A stretch of 64,000 nt of DNA from an uncultured delta proteobacterium (GTDB taxonomy: Bacteria; Desulfobacterota; Desulfuromonadia; Geobacterales; DSM-12255): assembly GCA_963787125.1 (NCBI GenBank), contig CAWBBV010000001.1:448001-512000 (forward strand). The letters run 5' to 3'. The position numbers and the translations under genes were made by a program. A model generated the notes under the pieces. That model made no database searches. It was not told the DNA's origin and saw nothing but the letters and a program-made list of their open reading frames with translations. How positions within the stretch are numbered: the stretch's first letter is position 1; each line of letters opens with the position of its first letter. Shown in pieces: positions 30,456 to 40,894 of this stretch.

Positions 30456-31867
30456 ACTGGAGGATAAATTGCGCGAAAGCGAAACCATCGAACTCAAGAA
30501 AAGCCTGGGAGAGTTGAAGCAAGGTTTGGTTTCGATGGTCGCCATTCTCAACAAGCATGGCGGTGGCGAGCTCTGGTTTGGGGTTGCCCATGACGGGCGT
30601 ATAGTTGGCCTGGAAGCAAACGAAAAGACCCTGCGTGATGTTTCACAAACCATCGGCGCACATGTCGAACCGCGTATTTACCCACGCGTTGAGATTGCAT
30701 CACGCAACCACAAAACCTGCCTGCGCATCACTTTTGCCGGACAGGATGCGCCCTATTTCGTCTATGGCCGCTCCTACATGCGGGTGGCGGATGAAGACCG
30801 CCAACTGAGTGCTCGTGAACTGGAAAATCTCATCCTCCACAAGAACAAGGAAGCGCTACGTTGGGATAATCAACACTGCGAACCGGGAACAATTTCACTC
30901 GAAACACTTGATATTGGAAAATTAAGACGTTTTGTCGAAAAGGCCGAATTGACGTGGGACAGTCCGGAAAACACTCTGGATAAACTGGCATTACGCAAGA
31001 AGGGCCAACTGCTCAATGCCGTCAAGCTGTTCTTTGCCAGCCAGCCCCCGTTGCAACTGCGTTGTGCCGTGTTCGCCACAACCGATAGCGCCACCATTAT
31101 CGACCGCCACGATTTCGACGGCGACATTCTGGAACTGGTGGAGGAAGCGCAAAAATACATCCTAAAGAACATTCACATCGGCATGAGGCTGGACGGACTC
31201 TATCGTGTAGATGTCCCGGAAATCTCCATGGATGCCCTGCGTGAGGCAATCATCAACGCTTTTTGTCACCGCGATTACCGCGACCCGGATTACATCCAGA
31301 TTGCCGTATTCAAAAACCGGGTTGAGATTCGCAGTCCCGGTGGGCTGTATGATGGTCTGACCATGGAAGAGATGCGCGGTGGTAACGTCTCTCGGCGCCG
31401 TAATCCGCTGATTGCTGACCTTTTCCGTCGTATCCACATGGTTGAAGGGTGGGGGCGCGGCATGCCGCTGATTCTGGAGAATGCACCCAACGTCCAGTTC
31501 CGTCAGATAGCCGGGCTGTTTATCGCCAGCTTTGAAAGGCCGTCTTTTCTTGAGGATACTAACCAAGAAACTACCCAAGAAGTTATCGACACTACAGGAA
31601 AGACTACAGGAAAGAAAAAAACTACAGGAAAGACTGCAGGAAAGAGTGCTGTTTTGCTGGAACGTGTGCGCCTACAGCCTCAGACCACCATATCCGAACT
31701 GGCAGAGCTGCTTGGTCTGACGGAAGATGGCGTGAACTACCACCTGCGCAGACTGCAAAAAGATGGGCTGTTACAGCGAGTGGGCGGCAGAAAGTCTGGG
31801 CATTGGGAGGTGCTGGTCCCGGTGGTTGATCCGGCAGAAGTTGGGAGGGCTGGGGTATGAGTTCTGA
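30415..31867 (+). repeat. 41-bp direct repeats (30415-30455 and 31827-31867) duplicating the hsdM/hsdS junction around the cargo gene
   Basis: TGATCCGGCAGAAG(C/T)TGGGAGGG(T/C)TGGGGTATGAGTTCTGA, 39/41 identical. Confidence 0.92.
30445..31860 (+). CDS. Schlafen/AlbA_2 domain + HATPase-like + C-terminal HTH protein ('RecG-like ATP-binding protein' family)
   Basis: [66 protein letters not shown]. Confidence 0.85.
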   Translation: MSSELEDKLRESETIELKKSLGELKQGLVSMVAILNKHGGGELWFGVAHDGRIVGLEANEKTLRDVSQTIGAHVEPRIYPRVEIASRNHKTCLRITFAGQDAPYFVYGRSYMRVADEDRQLSARELENLILHKNKEALRWDNQHCEPGTISLETLDIGKLRRFVEKAELTWDSPENTLDKLALRKKGQLLNAVKLFFASQPPLQLRCAVFATTDSATIIDRHDFDGDILELVEEAQKYILKNIHIGMRLDGLYRVDVPEISMDALREAIINAFCHRDYRDPDYIQIAVFKNRVEIRSPGGLYDGLTMEEMRGGNVSRRRNPLIADLFRRIHMVEGWGRGMPLILENAPNVQFRQIAGLFIASFERPSFLEDTNQETTQEVIDTTGKTTGKKKTTGKTAGKSAVLLERVRLQPQTTISELAELLGLTEDGVNYHLRRLQKDGLLQRVGGRKSGHWEVLVPVVDPAEVGRAGV

Positions 31868-33023
31868 GTGGCAAAACCTTACGTTTGGTGACTTTGTCTC
31901 AATCCAGCGTGGTCACGATCTCCCAGATCAAGATAGGCGAAAAGGCACTGTTCCCATATTAGGGTCGTTTGGGATCACCGGATACCATGATTCTGCCAAA
32001 ACAAAAGGTCCTGGAGTGACCATTGGACGTAGCGGGGCGTCTTTTGGAGTCGCAGCATATTCTGGTATTGACTACTGGCCACTGAATACAGCTTTGTATG
32101 TCACCGACTTCAAGGGGAATGATCCTAAATTTGTTTTCTATTTCATGAAGGCGTTTGATTTTTCTAGTTACAATTCCGGTAGCGCGCAGCCGTCACTCAA
32201 CCGAAACAACCTCTATTCAACTTCCGTAAAAGTTCCTCATCCGAACGAACAAAAACAGATCGTCTCAATATTGACTGCCCTCGACGACCGCATCGCCCTC
32301 CTTCGCGAAACCAACACCACCCTCGAAGCCATCGCCCAAGCCCTGTTCAAAACGTGGTTCGTGGACTTCGACCCCGTCCGCGCCAAACAGGAAGGCCGCG
32401 AACCGGAAGGGATGGACGCCGACACCGCCGCACTCTTTCCCGACTGCTTCGAGGAATCGGAACTGGGGTTAGTGCCGAAGGGGTGGAAGATTGGTGCCTT
32501 GATTGATTTACTAGTTTTACAGCGTGGATTTGATCTGCCAACTTCGGATAGAGTTCCTGGTAAATATCCAATCATTGCAGCAAGTGGTCCAAGCGGCACT
32601 CATAACGTCACAATGGCTAAAGCACCTGGTGTAATTACTGGTCGCTCAGGCGTTTTGGGTCGTGTGTTTCTTGAGCTTGATGATTATTGGCCATTAAATA
32701 CTGCACTATGGATCAAGGATTTCCGTGCCGCTACACCTTGCTATGCTTACGAATTACTGAGGCTTCTTGATTTTGCCTCTTTTAACGCTGGATCTGCGGT
32801 ACCAACTCTGAACAGAAACCATGTTCATAATTTGAAATATCTTATTCCTTTCTCCAAGTGCATTGATGCGTATGAAGAAATTGCTATCAAACTGCATCAG
32901 CGAGCTAAAGCTAATCGAGATCAAGCCCAAACCCTCTCCACCCTCCGCGACACCCTTCTCCCCCGCCTGATCTCAGGCCAGTTGCGCTTGCCGGATGCCG
33001 AGGCACTGATTGAGGAGGTTTGA
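31857..33023 (+). CDS. hsdS: Type I R-M specificity subunit
   Basis: Two TRDs, PxxxEQ..I...L...DDRI, VPKGW and LRDTLLPRLISG. Confidence 0.95.
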   Translation: MSSEWQNLTFGDFVSIQRGHDLPDQDRRKGTVPILGSFGITGYHDSAKTKGPGVTIGRSGASFGVAAYSGIDYWPLNTALYVTDFKGNDPKFVFYFMKAFDFSSYNSGSAQPSLNRNNLYSTSVKVPHPNEQKQIVSILTALDDRIALLRETNTTLEAIAQALFKTWFVDFDPVRAKQEGREPEGMDADTAALFPDCFEESELGLVPKGWKIGALIDLLVLQRGFDLPTSDRVPGKYPIIAASGPSGTHNVTMAKAPGVITGRSGVLGRVFLELDDYWPLNTALWIKDFRAATPCYAYELLRLLDFASFNAGSAVPTLNRNHVHNLKYLIPFSKCIDAYEEIAIKLHQRAKANRDQAQTLSTLRDTLLPRLISGQLRLPDAEALIEEV

Positions 33024-33025
33024 TT

Positions 33026-33189
33026 TTGTAGGGGCGCGGTCTGTGACCCGCCCCGGTGCAATGGCCGACAAGATGCCATTAATGGAAAACCCAACGTCAA
33101 AGGCGGGCGGGTCTAAGACCGCGCCCCTACAATAAACGCATTCATCGTCGGTTACAGCAACAGGGCGACCCACCGGGATCGCCCCTACG
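33026..33189. repeat. GTAG-family REP/REPIN elements
   Basis: TTGTAGGGGCGCGGTCT (33026-33042) inverted with AGACCGCGCCCCTACAA (33116-33132); third REP ...GATCGCCCCTAC near 33177-33188. Confidence 0.8.
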
Positions 33190-33340
33190 AAAAACGTTAC
33201 CGTATGGCAACTGCCGAGGAATACTCGGTAGTTCAAAAATGGGAATTTGCTTTTTATGAACAAAATAACCTTGTGTTTTTAACTTTGTAATTATAAATAT
33301 ACCTTGTATTTTTAAATCAAAACATACTTCAAGGTGAACA

Positions 33341-34654
33341 ATGCGCAGATTCATTGACAATCAACTCCAGCAATGGCAGGCCAGCACACGGCGCAAACCG
33401 CTGATTCTGCGGGGTGCCCGGCAGGTTGGCAAAACCTGGTCGCTGAAAGAGTTTGGTAAAAACCGCTTTGAATCGGTTGCGTTGGTTGATCTGGAACGCA
33501 ATCCCTCCCTGCGCAAGCTGTTCGATGGCGATCTTAACGCGGCGCGCATCTGCGCCGACCTTGAGGTGCTGCTGCGGCAGAAGATCACGCCGGGAAAAAC
33601 CCTGCTCTTTTTTGATGAGATCCAGGCGTGCCCCCGCGCCATAACCGCCCTGCGCTATTTTTATGAGGAGATGCCGGAACTGCATGTCGTGGCAGCCGGA
33701 TCTCTTCTGGAATTTGCGCTTAAAGACGCCTCCTTTCCTGTTGGCAGGGTTCAGTTTCTCAATCTCTATCCACTCTGTTTCGCCGAATATCTCGAAGCGA
33801 TCGGCAACGCCCCAGCTGCTGCGGCTGTTTTAGGTAACCCCGCTGACATATCACCCGTTGTGCATGAGCTTCTCCGTGAAGAACTGAAACGTTATTTTTT
33901 CATCGGTGGAATGCCGGCGGCTGTCAATGCATTCAAAGAAAACGGTTCGCTGCGGGATGCCTTCGAGGTGCAGGGGGAAATTGCGGAATCATATCGAATG
34001 GATTTTGCTAAATACACCCCTCAGGTTGACCGTTATTGTCTCGATTCAGTCTTTACCTCACTGGCGCAAAGTGTCGGGCAACAGATCAAATACGCACGAC
34101 TGGGCGAGGGGTACGGCAACCCGACACTGAAGAAAGCTTTTGAAGCGCTCTGTCTGGCGCAGGTTGCCCGCAGGATAACCTCGGTTAATCCCACTGGCCT
34201 GCCTTTGGGAGCAAGTGCATCAGTCAAGGCATTCAAGGCGCTGATGCTGGATCTGGGCCTGATGCGTTACCTATCCGGTATGCCGGACGATATTGAATAT
34301 GCCAGAGCGGATTTGCTTGCCATTTATCGCGGTGCCATGGCTGAACAGTTTGTTGGACAGGAGATGCTGGTATCACAGCAGGGAAGCCTCTATTACTGGG
34401 ATAGGCAGGCAAAAAGCAGTTCCGCCGAGGTTGATTATCTGGCTGTCATGAACGGGATTATTCATCCGATCGAAGTTAAAAGCGGCGCCAGCGGCAGTTT
34501 AAAAAGTCTGCATCTTTTTCTGGCTTCATTCCCGGAGTGCGGTAAGGCGTTGGTCTTTTCCGACCAGCCCTATTCTGATCTTCCGGAGCAGAAAATCACC
34601 TTTTTGCCACTGTATAGTGCTTTTGCAGCAACAAAGCCGTCGGAGAACATATGA
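33341..34654 (+). CDS. AAA+ ATPase with DUF4143/PD-(D/E)XK-like C-terminus
   Basis: [29 protein letters not shown]....PIEVKSG. Confidence 0.88.
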   Translation: MRRFIDNQLQQWQASTRRKPLILRGARQVGKTWSLKEFGKNRFESVALVDLERNPSLRKLFDGDLNAARICADLEVLLRQKITPGKTLLFFDEIQACPRAITALRYFYEEMPELHVVAAGSLLEFALKDASFPVGRVQFLNLYPLCFAEYLEAIGNAPAAAAVLGNPADISPVVHELLREELKRYFFIGGMPAAVNAFKENGSLRDAFEVQGEIAESYRMDFAKYTPQVDRYCLDSVFTSLAQSVGQQIKYARLGEGYGNPTLKKAFEALCLAQVARRITSVNPTGLPLGASASVKAFKALMLDLGLMRYLSGMPDDIEYARADLLAIYRGAMAEQFVGQEMLVSQQGSLYYWDRQAKSSSAEVDYLAVMNGIIHPIEVKSGASGSLKSLHLFLASFPECGKALVFSDQPYSDLPEQKITFLPLYSAFAATKPSENI

Positions 34655-37600
34655 CTGAAGACCAACTCGAACAGGAAACCCTAAGCTGGCTGGCCGATGC
34701 CGGCTACAGCCACCGTTACGGTCTGGACATTGCGCCGGACGGCACCGCGCCAGAGCGAAGCAACTACAGCCAGGTGCTGCTGGTGGGCCGACTGCGCGAG
34801 GCGATCAACCGGCTGAACCCGTTGGTGCCGACCGTGGCGCGGGAGGACGCCCTGCAGCAGGTGCTGAACCCGGATACGCCGGTGCTGCTGGCTGCCAATC
34901 GCTCCTTTCATCAACTGCTGGTCAATGGCGTACCGGTCGAGTATCAGAAGGATGGCGAGACCCGCGGCGACTTCGTGCGCTTGATCGACTTTGCCGATGT
35001 GGCAGCCAACGAGTGGCTGGCGGTGAACCAGTTTTCAGTCAAAGGGGCAAAGTATACGCGCCGCCCGGACATCATCCTTTTTGTCAATGGCCTGCCGCTG
35101 GTGCTGCTGGAGCTGAAGAACCCGGCTGACGAGAAGGCGGACATCTGGAAGGCATACGACCAGATCCAGACCTACAAAGAGCAGATCCCGGACATTTTCC
35201 AGTACAACGAACTGCTGGTGATCTCCGACGGCACCGAGGCCCGCCTGGGTTCGCTCTCCGCCAATGTCGAACGCTTCATGGCCTGGCGCACCATCGACGG
35301 CCTGACGCTTGATCCGCTGGGACAGTTCAACGAGCTGGAGACGCTGATACGTGGTGTACTGGCTCCGGCCTTTCTGCTGGATTTTCTGCGCTTCTTTGTC
35401 TTGTTTGAGGATGACGGCACCCTGGTGAAGAAGATCGCCGGCTATCACCAGTTCCATGCGGTCCGTTCAGCTATAGAGCAGGTGATCGCCGCATCCCGCC
35501 CCGGCGGCAACCAAAAGGGTGGGGTCGTCTGGCATACCCAGGGATCTGGCAAGAGCATCACCATGACCTGCTTTGCTGCGCGGGTGATGCGCGAAGCGGC
35601 GATGGAGAATCCGACCATCGTCGTCATTACCGACCGGAACGATCTGGACGGGCAACTGTTCGGGGTGTTTTCGCTGTCACAGGAGCTGCTGCGCGAGCAA
35701 CCGGTGCAGGGTGAAACGCGGCAGGACTTGCGGGCCAAGCTTGCCAACCGGCCATCGGGCGGGATCGTCTTTGCCACCATCCAGAAGTTCATGCCGGGAG
35801 AGGATGAAGACAGCTTCCCGGTCCTGTCCGATCGTCACAACATCGTGGTGATCGCCGATGAGGCACACCGCACCCAATACGGTTTTGAAGCCAAATTCAA
35901 AGGAGATGCCAAGGGGTATCAGGTGGGCTATGCCCAGCATCTGCGTGATGCGCTCCCCAACGCGACCTTTGTCGCCTTCACCGGTACCCCGGTAGCCTCG
36001 GAAGACCGCGATACCCGGGCCGTGTTCGGCGATTACATCAGTATCTACGACATGCAGCAGTCCCGCGATGACGGGGCAACGGTGGCGATCTACTTTGAAT
36101 CACGCCTGGCCAAGCTGGGGCTGAAGGAAGACATGCTGGCTGGCATCGACGCCGAAGTGGATGAACTGGCGGAAGATGAAGAAGACGATCAACAGGCCCG
36201 GCTCAAGAGCCAGTGGACGGCGCTGGAAAAGGTAGTCGGTGCCGAACCGCGTATCCAGCAGGTGGCGGCTGACCTGGTGGCACACTTTGAAGAGCGCAAC
36301 CAGGCACAGACCGGCAAGGCGATGGTAGTTGCCATGAGCCGCGACATCTGTGTCCATCTCTACAACGCCATCATCGCCCTGCGCCCGGAGTGGCACGACG
36401 AAGACCCGGAGAAGGGGGTTATCAAGGTCGTGATGACCGGATCAGCCAGCGACAAGCCGCTGCTGCGGCCGCATATCTATTCCAAGCAGACCAAGAAACG
36501 CCTGGAAAAACGCTTCAAAGACCCGGACGATCCCATGCGACTGGTAATCGTGCGGGATATGTGGCTGACCGGCTTCGATGCCCCCTGTGTCCATACCATG
36601 TATGTTGACAAACCGATGAAGGGGCACAACCTGATGCAGGCCATCGCCCGCGTCAACCGCGTCTTTCGCGACAAGCAGGGCGGGCTGGTGGTGGATTACA
36701 TCGGCATCGCCAATGACCTGAAACAGGCGCTCAAGGAATATACCAACAGCAAAGGTCGTGGCCGGCCGACCGTCGATGCCCATGAAGCATATGCGGTGCT
36801 GGAAGAGAAGCTCGATATACTGCGCGGCATGCTCCATGAGTTCGACTACAGCGGTTTTCTCACCGGTGGCCATGGCATTTTGGCCAAAACTGCCAACCAT
36901 GTGCTGGGGATCAAGGACGGCAAGAAACGCTTCGGCGATACGGCACTGGCAATGTCCAAGGCCTTCACTCTCTGCTGTACCCTGGATGAAGCCAAGGCGG
37001 TGCGCGAAGAGGTGGCCTTCTTCCAGGCAGTGAAGGTGCTGCTGACCAAACGGGAGATCAGCACCAAGAAGCGCACCAATGAAGAGCGCGAGCTGGCGAT
37101 CCGCCAGATCATCGGCTCGGCGCTGGTGTCGGATGAAGTGGTGGATATTTTTCAGGCGGTGGGGTTGGACAAGCCGAATATCGGTATTCTCGACGACGAC
37201 TTCCTCAATGATGTGCGCAACCTGCCGGAACGCAACCTGGCGGTAGAGCTGCTGGAGCGCCTGCTGGAAGGGGAGATCAGAACGCGTTTTGCCACCAATG
37301 TGGTGCAGCAAACTAAATTTTCGGAACTGCTCGCCGACGTCATCAAGCGCTATCAGAACCGGGCCATCGAAACCGCCCAGGTAATTGAAGAGCTGATTGC
37401 CATGGCGAAGAAATTCAAGGAGGCCATTGGCCGGGGTGAAGAGCTTGGCCTCAATGCTGATGAACTGGCTTTCTACGACGCATTGGCCAACAACGAAGAA
37501 GCGGTGCGGGAGATGGGCGACGAGATCTTGAAGAAGATCGCCCATGAACTGGCGGAGAATTTACGCCAGAATATCAGTGTTGACTGGTCGGTGCGTGACA

Positions 37601-37731
37601 ATGTGCGGGCCAAGCTGCGGCTGATGGTGAAGCGGATTCTGCGCAAGTACAAATATCCGCCGGATCGGCAGGAAGCTGCGGTGCAGCTGGTGCTGGAGCA
37701 GGCGGAAACGTTGAGTGCGGAGTGGGGGTAG
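34651..37731 (+). CDS. hsdR: Type I R-M restriction subunit
   Basis: [42 protein letters not shown] and QAIARVNR motifs. Confidence 0.97.
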   Translation: MTEDQLEQETLSWLADAGYSHRYGLDIAPDGTAPERSNYSQVLLVGRLREAINRLNPLVPTVAREDALQQVLNPDTPVLLAANRSFHQLLVNGVPVEYQKDGETRGDFVRLIDFADVAANEWLAVNQFSVKGAKYTRRPDIILFVNGLPLVLLELKNPADEKADIWKAYDQIQTYKEQIPDIFQYNELLVISDGTEARLGSLSANVERFMAWRTIDGLTLDPLGQFNELETLIRGVLAPAFLLDFLRFFVLFEDDGTLVKKIAGYHQFHAVRSAIEQVIAASRPGGNQKGGVVWHTQGSGKSITMTCFAARVMREAAMENPTIVVITDRNDLDGQLFGVFSLSQELLREQPVQGETRQDLRAKLANRPSGGIVFATIQKFMPGEDEDSFPVLSDRHNIVVIADEAHRTQYGFEAKFKGDAKGYQVGYAQHLRDALPNATFVAFTGTPVASEDRDTRAVFGDYISIYDMQQSRDDGATVAIYFESRLAKLGLKEDMLAGIDAEVDELAEDEEDDQQARLKSQWTALEKVVGAEPRIQQVAADLVAHFEERNQAQTGKAMVVAMSRDICVHLYNAIIALRPEWHDEDPEKGVIKVVMTGSASDKPLLRPHIYSKQTKKRLEKRFKDPDDPMRLVIVRDMWLTGFDAPCVHTMYVDKPMKGHNLMQAIARVNRVFRDKQGGLVVDYIGIANDLKQALKEYTNSKGRGRPTVDAHEAYAVLEEKLDILRGMLHEFDYSGFLTGGHGILAKTANHVLGIKDGKKRFGDTALAMSKAFTLCCTLDEAKAVREEVAFFQAVKVLLTKREISTKKRTNEERELAIRQIIGSALVSDEVVDIFQAVGLDKPNIGILDDDFLNDVRNLPERNLAVELLERLLEGEIRTRFATNVVQQTKFSELLADVIKRYQNRAIETAQVIEELIAMAKKFKEAIGRGEELGLNADELAFYDALANNEEAVREMGDEILKKIAHELAENLRQNISVDWSVRDNVRAKLRLMVKRILRKYKYPPDRQEAAVQLVLEQAETLSAEWG

Positions 37732-37874
37732 CTTTTATTGCGGATTTGTAGCTTGTCTGGCAAGGCTCCTTCTTGCCCTGTATATGTTTAGGTGCATTCA
37801 ACTTCTAAGAACGCCGGAAAACTAACTGGTGTTTCTATTATTCACATTATGAGGACAGAGTAGAGGATACGTGC

Positions 37875-38555
37875 ATGCCATTGCCACCGAAAGAAATATG
37901 GACAATTACCGAATTAGCTGCTCGATGGAATATTAGTAATAAAGAAGTAGAACGATTTTTTTGGACTGACCGTTTACACGCATCAATATATATGCCACTC
38001 AGGAGAATGACAACACACCATAAAAATCGCAACATTCATGAAGCAGAATTTGAAGATATATTCGAGACTTATAATGAACAAGGCAATAAAGAATTTATGA
38101 CAGACGGCGAGATTTTTATCCACTTCGAATATATTGAATGGAATGAACTTGATCAAGGCAAACTGGAGCCAAATATTGCTTATCTATATTCAATAAATGA
38201 CAAATTAGATTTCAGCCTTGTTGAACCACTTATCGTAAATAAGAAGGATATATACGTTACTATTGCTGAACTGGAGGAGTTTGAAGCGAAAAATTGTCAG
38301 TTAAATCCTGTAGAGACTTCTCAAGATATAGCGCCTAAAATGCATCCTAAGGAAAAAGAGAGTTTGTTGAAAATGGTCATAGCAATGGCAATTGATGCCT
38401 ATGGATTTGACCCAGCTCAAAAAAAGAGCCCGATTCCCAATCAGATTATGGGTCATGTCGAAATGTTGGGGCTTACAATAGATGTGGACACGGTACGAAA
38501 GTGGCTTGATAAGGCTGCTGAGTTACTTCCACGCAGTGAGCCCTCAGATGACTAA
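37875..38555 (+). CDS. Hypothetical protein upstream of alpA, possibly DNA-binding
   Basis: GAGG RBS; ELAARW N-terminus and C-terminal 'DTVRKWL' helix typical of island genes preceding alpA. Confidence 0.6.
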   Translation: MPLPPKEIWTITELAARWNISNKEVERFFWTDRLHASIYMPLRRMTTHHKNRNIHEAEFEDIFETYNEQGNKEFMTDGEIFIHFEYIEWNELDQGKLEPNIAYLYSINDKLDFSLVEPLIVNKKDIYVTIAELEEFEAKNCQLNPVETSQDIAPKMHPKEKESLLKMVIAMAIDAYGFDPAQKKSPIPNQIMGHVEMLGLTIDVDTVRKWLDKAAELLPRSEPSDD

Positions 38556-38587
38556 ACCGAATTCGGTTTAGTAAAAACCGAATTCGG
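38551..38587. promoter_or_regulatory. 22-bp perfect palindrome plus partial repeat upstream of alpA
   Basis: ACTAAACCGAATTCGGTTTAGT followed by AAACCGAATTCGG. Confidence 0.6.
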
Positions 38588-38647
38588 CCAACATCCAAAT
38601 AAAACCGCATAGGCTTACCTCAGATGAAATCACACGGAGGTAATCCT

Positions 38648-38899
38648 ATGAATGGCATGAAAGTATCGATCCAGTATTCACTCCCAGAAACCGGCTATCT
38701 GCGGTTAACGCAGATTATTGGCAATCCCAAAGCTAATCCACCCATCCCACCGATAATACCTATAAGTAAGAGTACCTGGTGGTCCGGCGTCAAGTCAGGT
38801 CTTTACCCATCACCGGTCAAACTTGGCCCGAGAATCACAGCTTGGCGTGTCGAAGATATACTGAATTTCATTACCCGCGATACAAATGCCGTTGAATAA
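38648..38899 (+). CDS. AlpA-family regulator/excisionase
   Basis: LPETGYLRL.QIIG, SKSTWW.GVKSG.YP.PVKLGPRITAWRVEDI. Confidence 0.9.
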   Translation: MNGMKVSIQYSLPETGYLRLTQIIGNPKANPPIPPIIPISKSTWWSGVKSGLYPSPVKLGPRITAWRVEDILNFITRDTNAVE

Positions 38900-40316
38900 A
38901 GCGCCACGGTCGGGGGGAAACAGTATGAATTCATCAAAATTACTTCCTGCATTCAATCGTCCTCAATGTGAAGACTCACAGGCAGCTGAAATGTCAGTTC
39001 TGGGGGCCATTCTGTTGGATCAGAGCTGTACACCCAAGGTGTCAGCTTTGCTTTCTGCAAACGACTTCTATCAGCAATGCAATAGGCTGATCTATACATT
39101 GCTATTGGGTTTGTATATTGAGCAGACCCCGGCTGACTTGATAACTGTCTGCCATCGGCTCAAGGCTGAAGGCAATTTGGATCGAGTCGGTGGCGCTGCG
39201 TATATTGCCGAGTTAGTCGACTTTACACCAACATCAGCGAATGTAACTTTCTACGCCGGGATAGTTTTCAGAAAGGCGCGTGAGCGAAAGATCACTGGCT
39301 TAGCCAACGAACTAGGTAGGAGCCCTGAAAATTTAACGGAAATATTTCAGCGCCTATCAGAGCTTCAGCATGAAGATCAATATTTAGTTCCTACTAAACG
39401 ACTTAAAGTCCTGAGTCTTCAGGAACTTTTGCAAACGAGATTTCCTCAACGCGAGGAACTGCTTGCCCCAATTATCCTTACCCAAAGCCTCAGTATGATC
39501 CATGCCTGGCGGGGCCTGGGTAAAACCCACATTGGGCTTGGTATTGCCTATGCCGTAGCGAGTGGCGGTACATTCCTTAAGTGGCGCTCGCCACGGCCGC
39601 GGGGTGTTCTCTACATTGATGGTGAGATGCCAGGAAGTGCATTGCAAGAGCGCTTGGCTGCAATCAATTCCGCAAGTGATCAGGAACCTTTACCTGAAAA
39701 CTTCCAAATCATCACCCCGGACTTGCAGGCTGTGGGCGGAATGCCGGATTTGTCGACATTTGAAGGCCAGGCTGCGGTTAATTCCATGATTACAACTGAG
39801 ACTGCACTGATAGTGGTCGATAACATCAGTTGCCTTTGCCGCTCAGGCAGGGAAAACGAGGCTGAAAGTTGGCTCCCAGTGCAAGGCTGGGCGTTGCGAC
39901 AGAGGGCAGCAGGTCGGGCTGTCCTATTTATTCACCACTCAGGGAAAAGTGGAGAGCAAAGAGGGGCCAGCAAAAGAGAGGATATCCTTGACTTGGTCAT
40001 AAAGTTGAAACGTCCGGTCGACTACGATCCCAGGCAAGGAGCTGTTTTTGAGCTGATTTATGAGAAAGCGAGATATCTCAAGGGAGAAGACACCTCCAGC
40101 TTCGAGTCTCGGTTGACAACCAATCCTGTCAGCGGGCTGCAGGAATGGATCTACAGGGATGTTGCTCTGACGACATTCGACCGGGTGGTTAATCTGGCCA
40201 AAGAAGGTCTAACCCAACATGAGATTACTACCGAATTGCAGATCAACAAATCCAATGTGAGTCGTCATTGGAAAAACGCTGTCGAACAGGGACTGATACA
40301 GTCAGGTAAAAAGTGA
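38886..40316 (+). CDS. DnaB N-terminal domain fused to a RepA/AAA_25-type helicase with C-terminal HTH
   Basis: AEMSVLGAILL..DLITV..VGGAAYIAEL; Walker A AWRGLGKT; VLYIDGEM; VVDNIS; IHHSGK..QRGAS. Confidence 0.8.
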   Translation: MPLNKAPRSGGNSMNSSKLLPAFNRPQCEDSQAAEMSVLGAILLDQSCTPKVSALLSANDFYQQCNRLIYTLLLGLYIEQTPADLITVCHRLKAEGNLDRVGGAAYIAELVDFTPTSANVTFYAGIVFRKARERKITGLANELGRSPENLTEIFQRLSELQHEDQYLVPTKRLKVLSLQELLQTRFPQREELLAPIILTQSLSMIHAWRGLGKTHIGLGIAYAVASGGTFLKWRSPRPRGVLYIDGEMPGSALQERLAAINSASDQEPLPENFQIITPDLQAVGGMPDLSTFEGQAAVNSMITTETALIVVDNISCLCRSGRENEAESWLPVQGWALRQRAAGRAVLFIHHSGKSGEQRGASKREDILDLVIKLKRPVDYDPRQGAVFELIYEKARYLKGEDTSSFESRLTTNPVSGLQEWIYRDVALTTFDRVVNLAKEGLTQHEITTELQINKSNVSRHWKNAVEQGLIQSGKK

Positions 40317-40560
40317 GAGTTGCGCAGTTGCGTTCTCTGTGGCAGTGCAACTGCGCAACTCAATTTGAGGTGGGTCAAAATCGGCGTGCGGGTTTTGGCC
40401 CGCACGCCACACCGCGCTTGCGCGACGCAGAAACTGAGGGGATCTAAATGTCGTCATTTACATTCATGGCAACTGTTTGGCACATGCAAGTTTTATTGAC
40501 ACTAGCACCCTCCCCTCAGTTCCCGCGCTGTGTCAGTTTACCCAGACACAGCGCGGGAAC
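40317..40560. other. Structured non-coding region with four inverted repeats (candidate oriV/oriT or ncRNA)
   Basis: 15-bp IR 40317-31/40347-61; 10-bp IR 40383-92/40399-408; 11-bp IR 40432-42/40511-21; 16-bp IR 40519-34/40545-60. Confidence 0.7.
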
Positions 40561-40614
40561 AACCCTAGAGTGGCTTTATCATATTTAACGCAACAAATAA
40601 CGGAGGACAGATAA

Positions 40615-40893
40615 ATGAGTAAGATCGACGAGACATTTAATGCGAAGGCAGAGGTTGACCAAATCCGAGCAAGGCGAGCCGAAGCGAGACGTAAAATTCA
40701 CCGTAAGAGTCGCCTCGATAAGTACCGGGCAGAGCTGGTCGCTATGAAATTGGCAGGAGCTTCATGTGCCGACTTAGCCGAGTGGCTCAGGGTAAATCAC
40801 CGCTGCAAAGTAAGCCGTAGTTCGGTGGACCGATTTTTAAAAAAGTTACCCGAGATGAATAAGATTCCGTCAGATGCGAAAGAGGAGACGTAA
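40615..40893 (+). CDS. Small basic HTH-like protein paired with the recombinase
   Basis: GGAGG RBS; SRLDKYRAELVAMK.AGAS.ADLAEWLR....VSRSSVDRFL. Confidence 0.75.
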   Translation: MSKIDETFNAKAEVDQIRARRAEARRKIHRKSRLDKYRAELVAMKLAGASCADLAEWLRVNHRCKVSRSSVDRFLKKLPEMNKIPSDAKEET

Positions 40894-40894
40894 G

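Noticed and set aside
36442..37545. 367-aa minus-strand ORF
   Set aside because: Antisense to hsdR with no motifs; a GC-rich codon artefact
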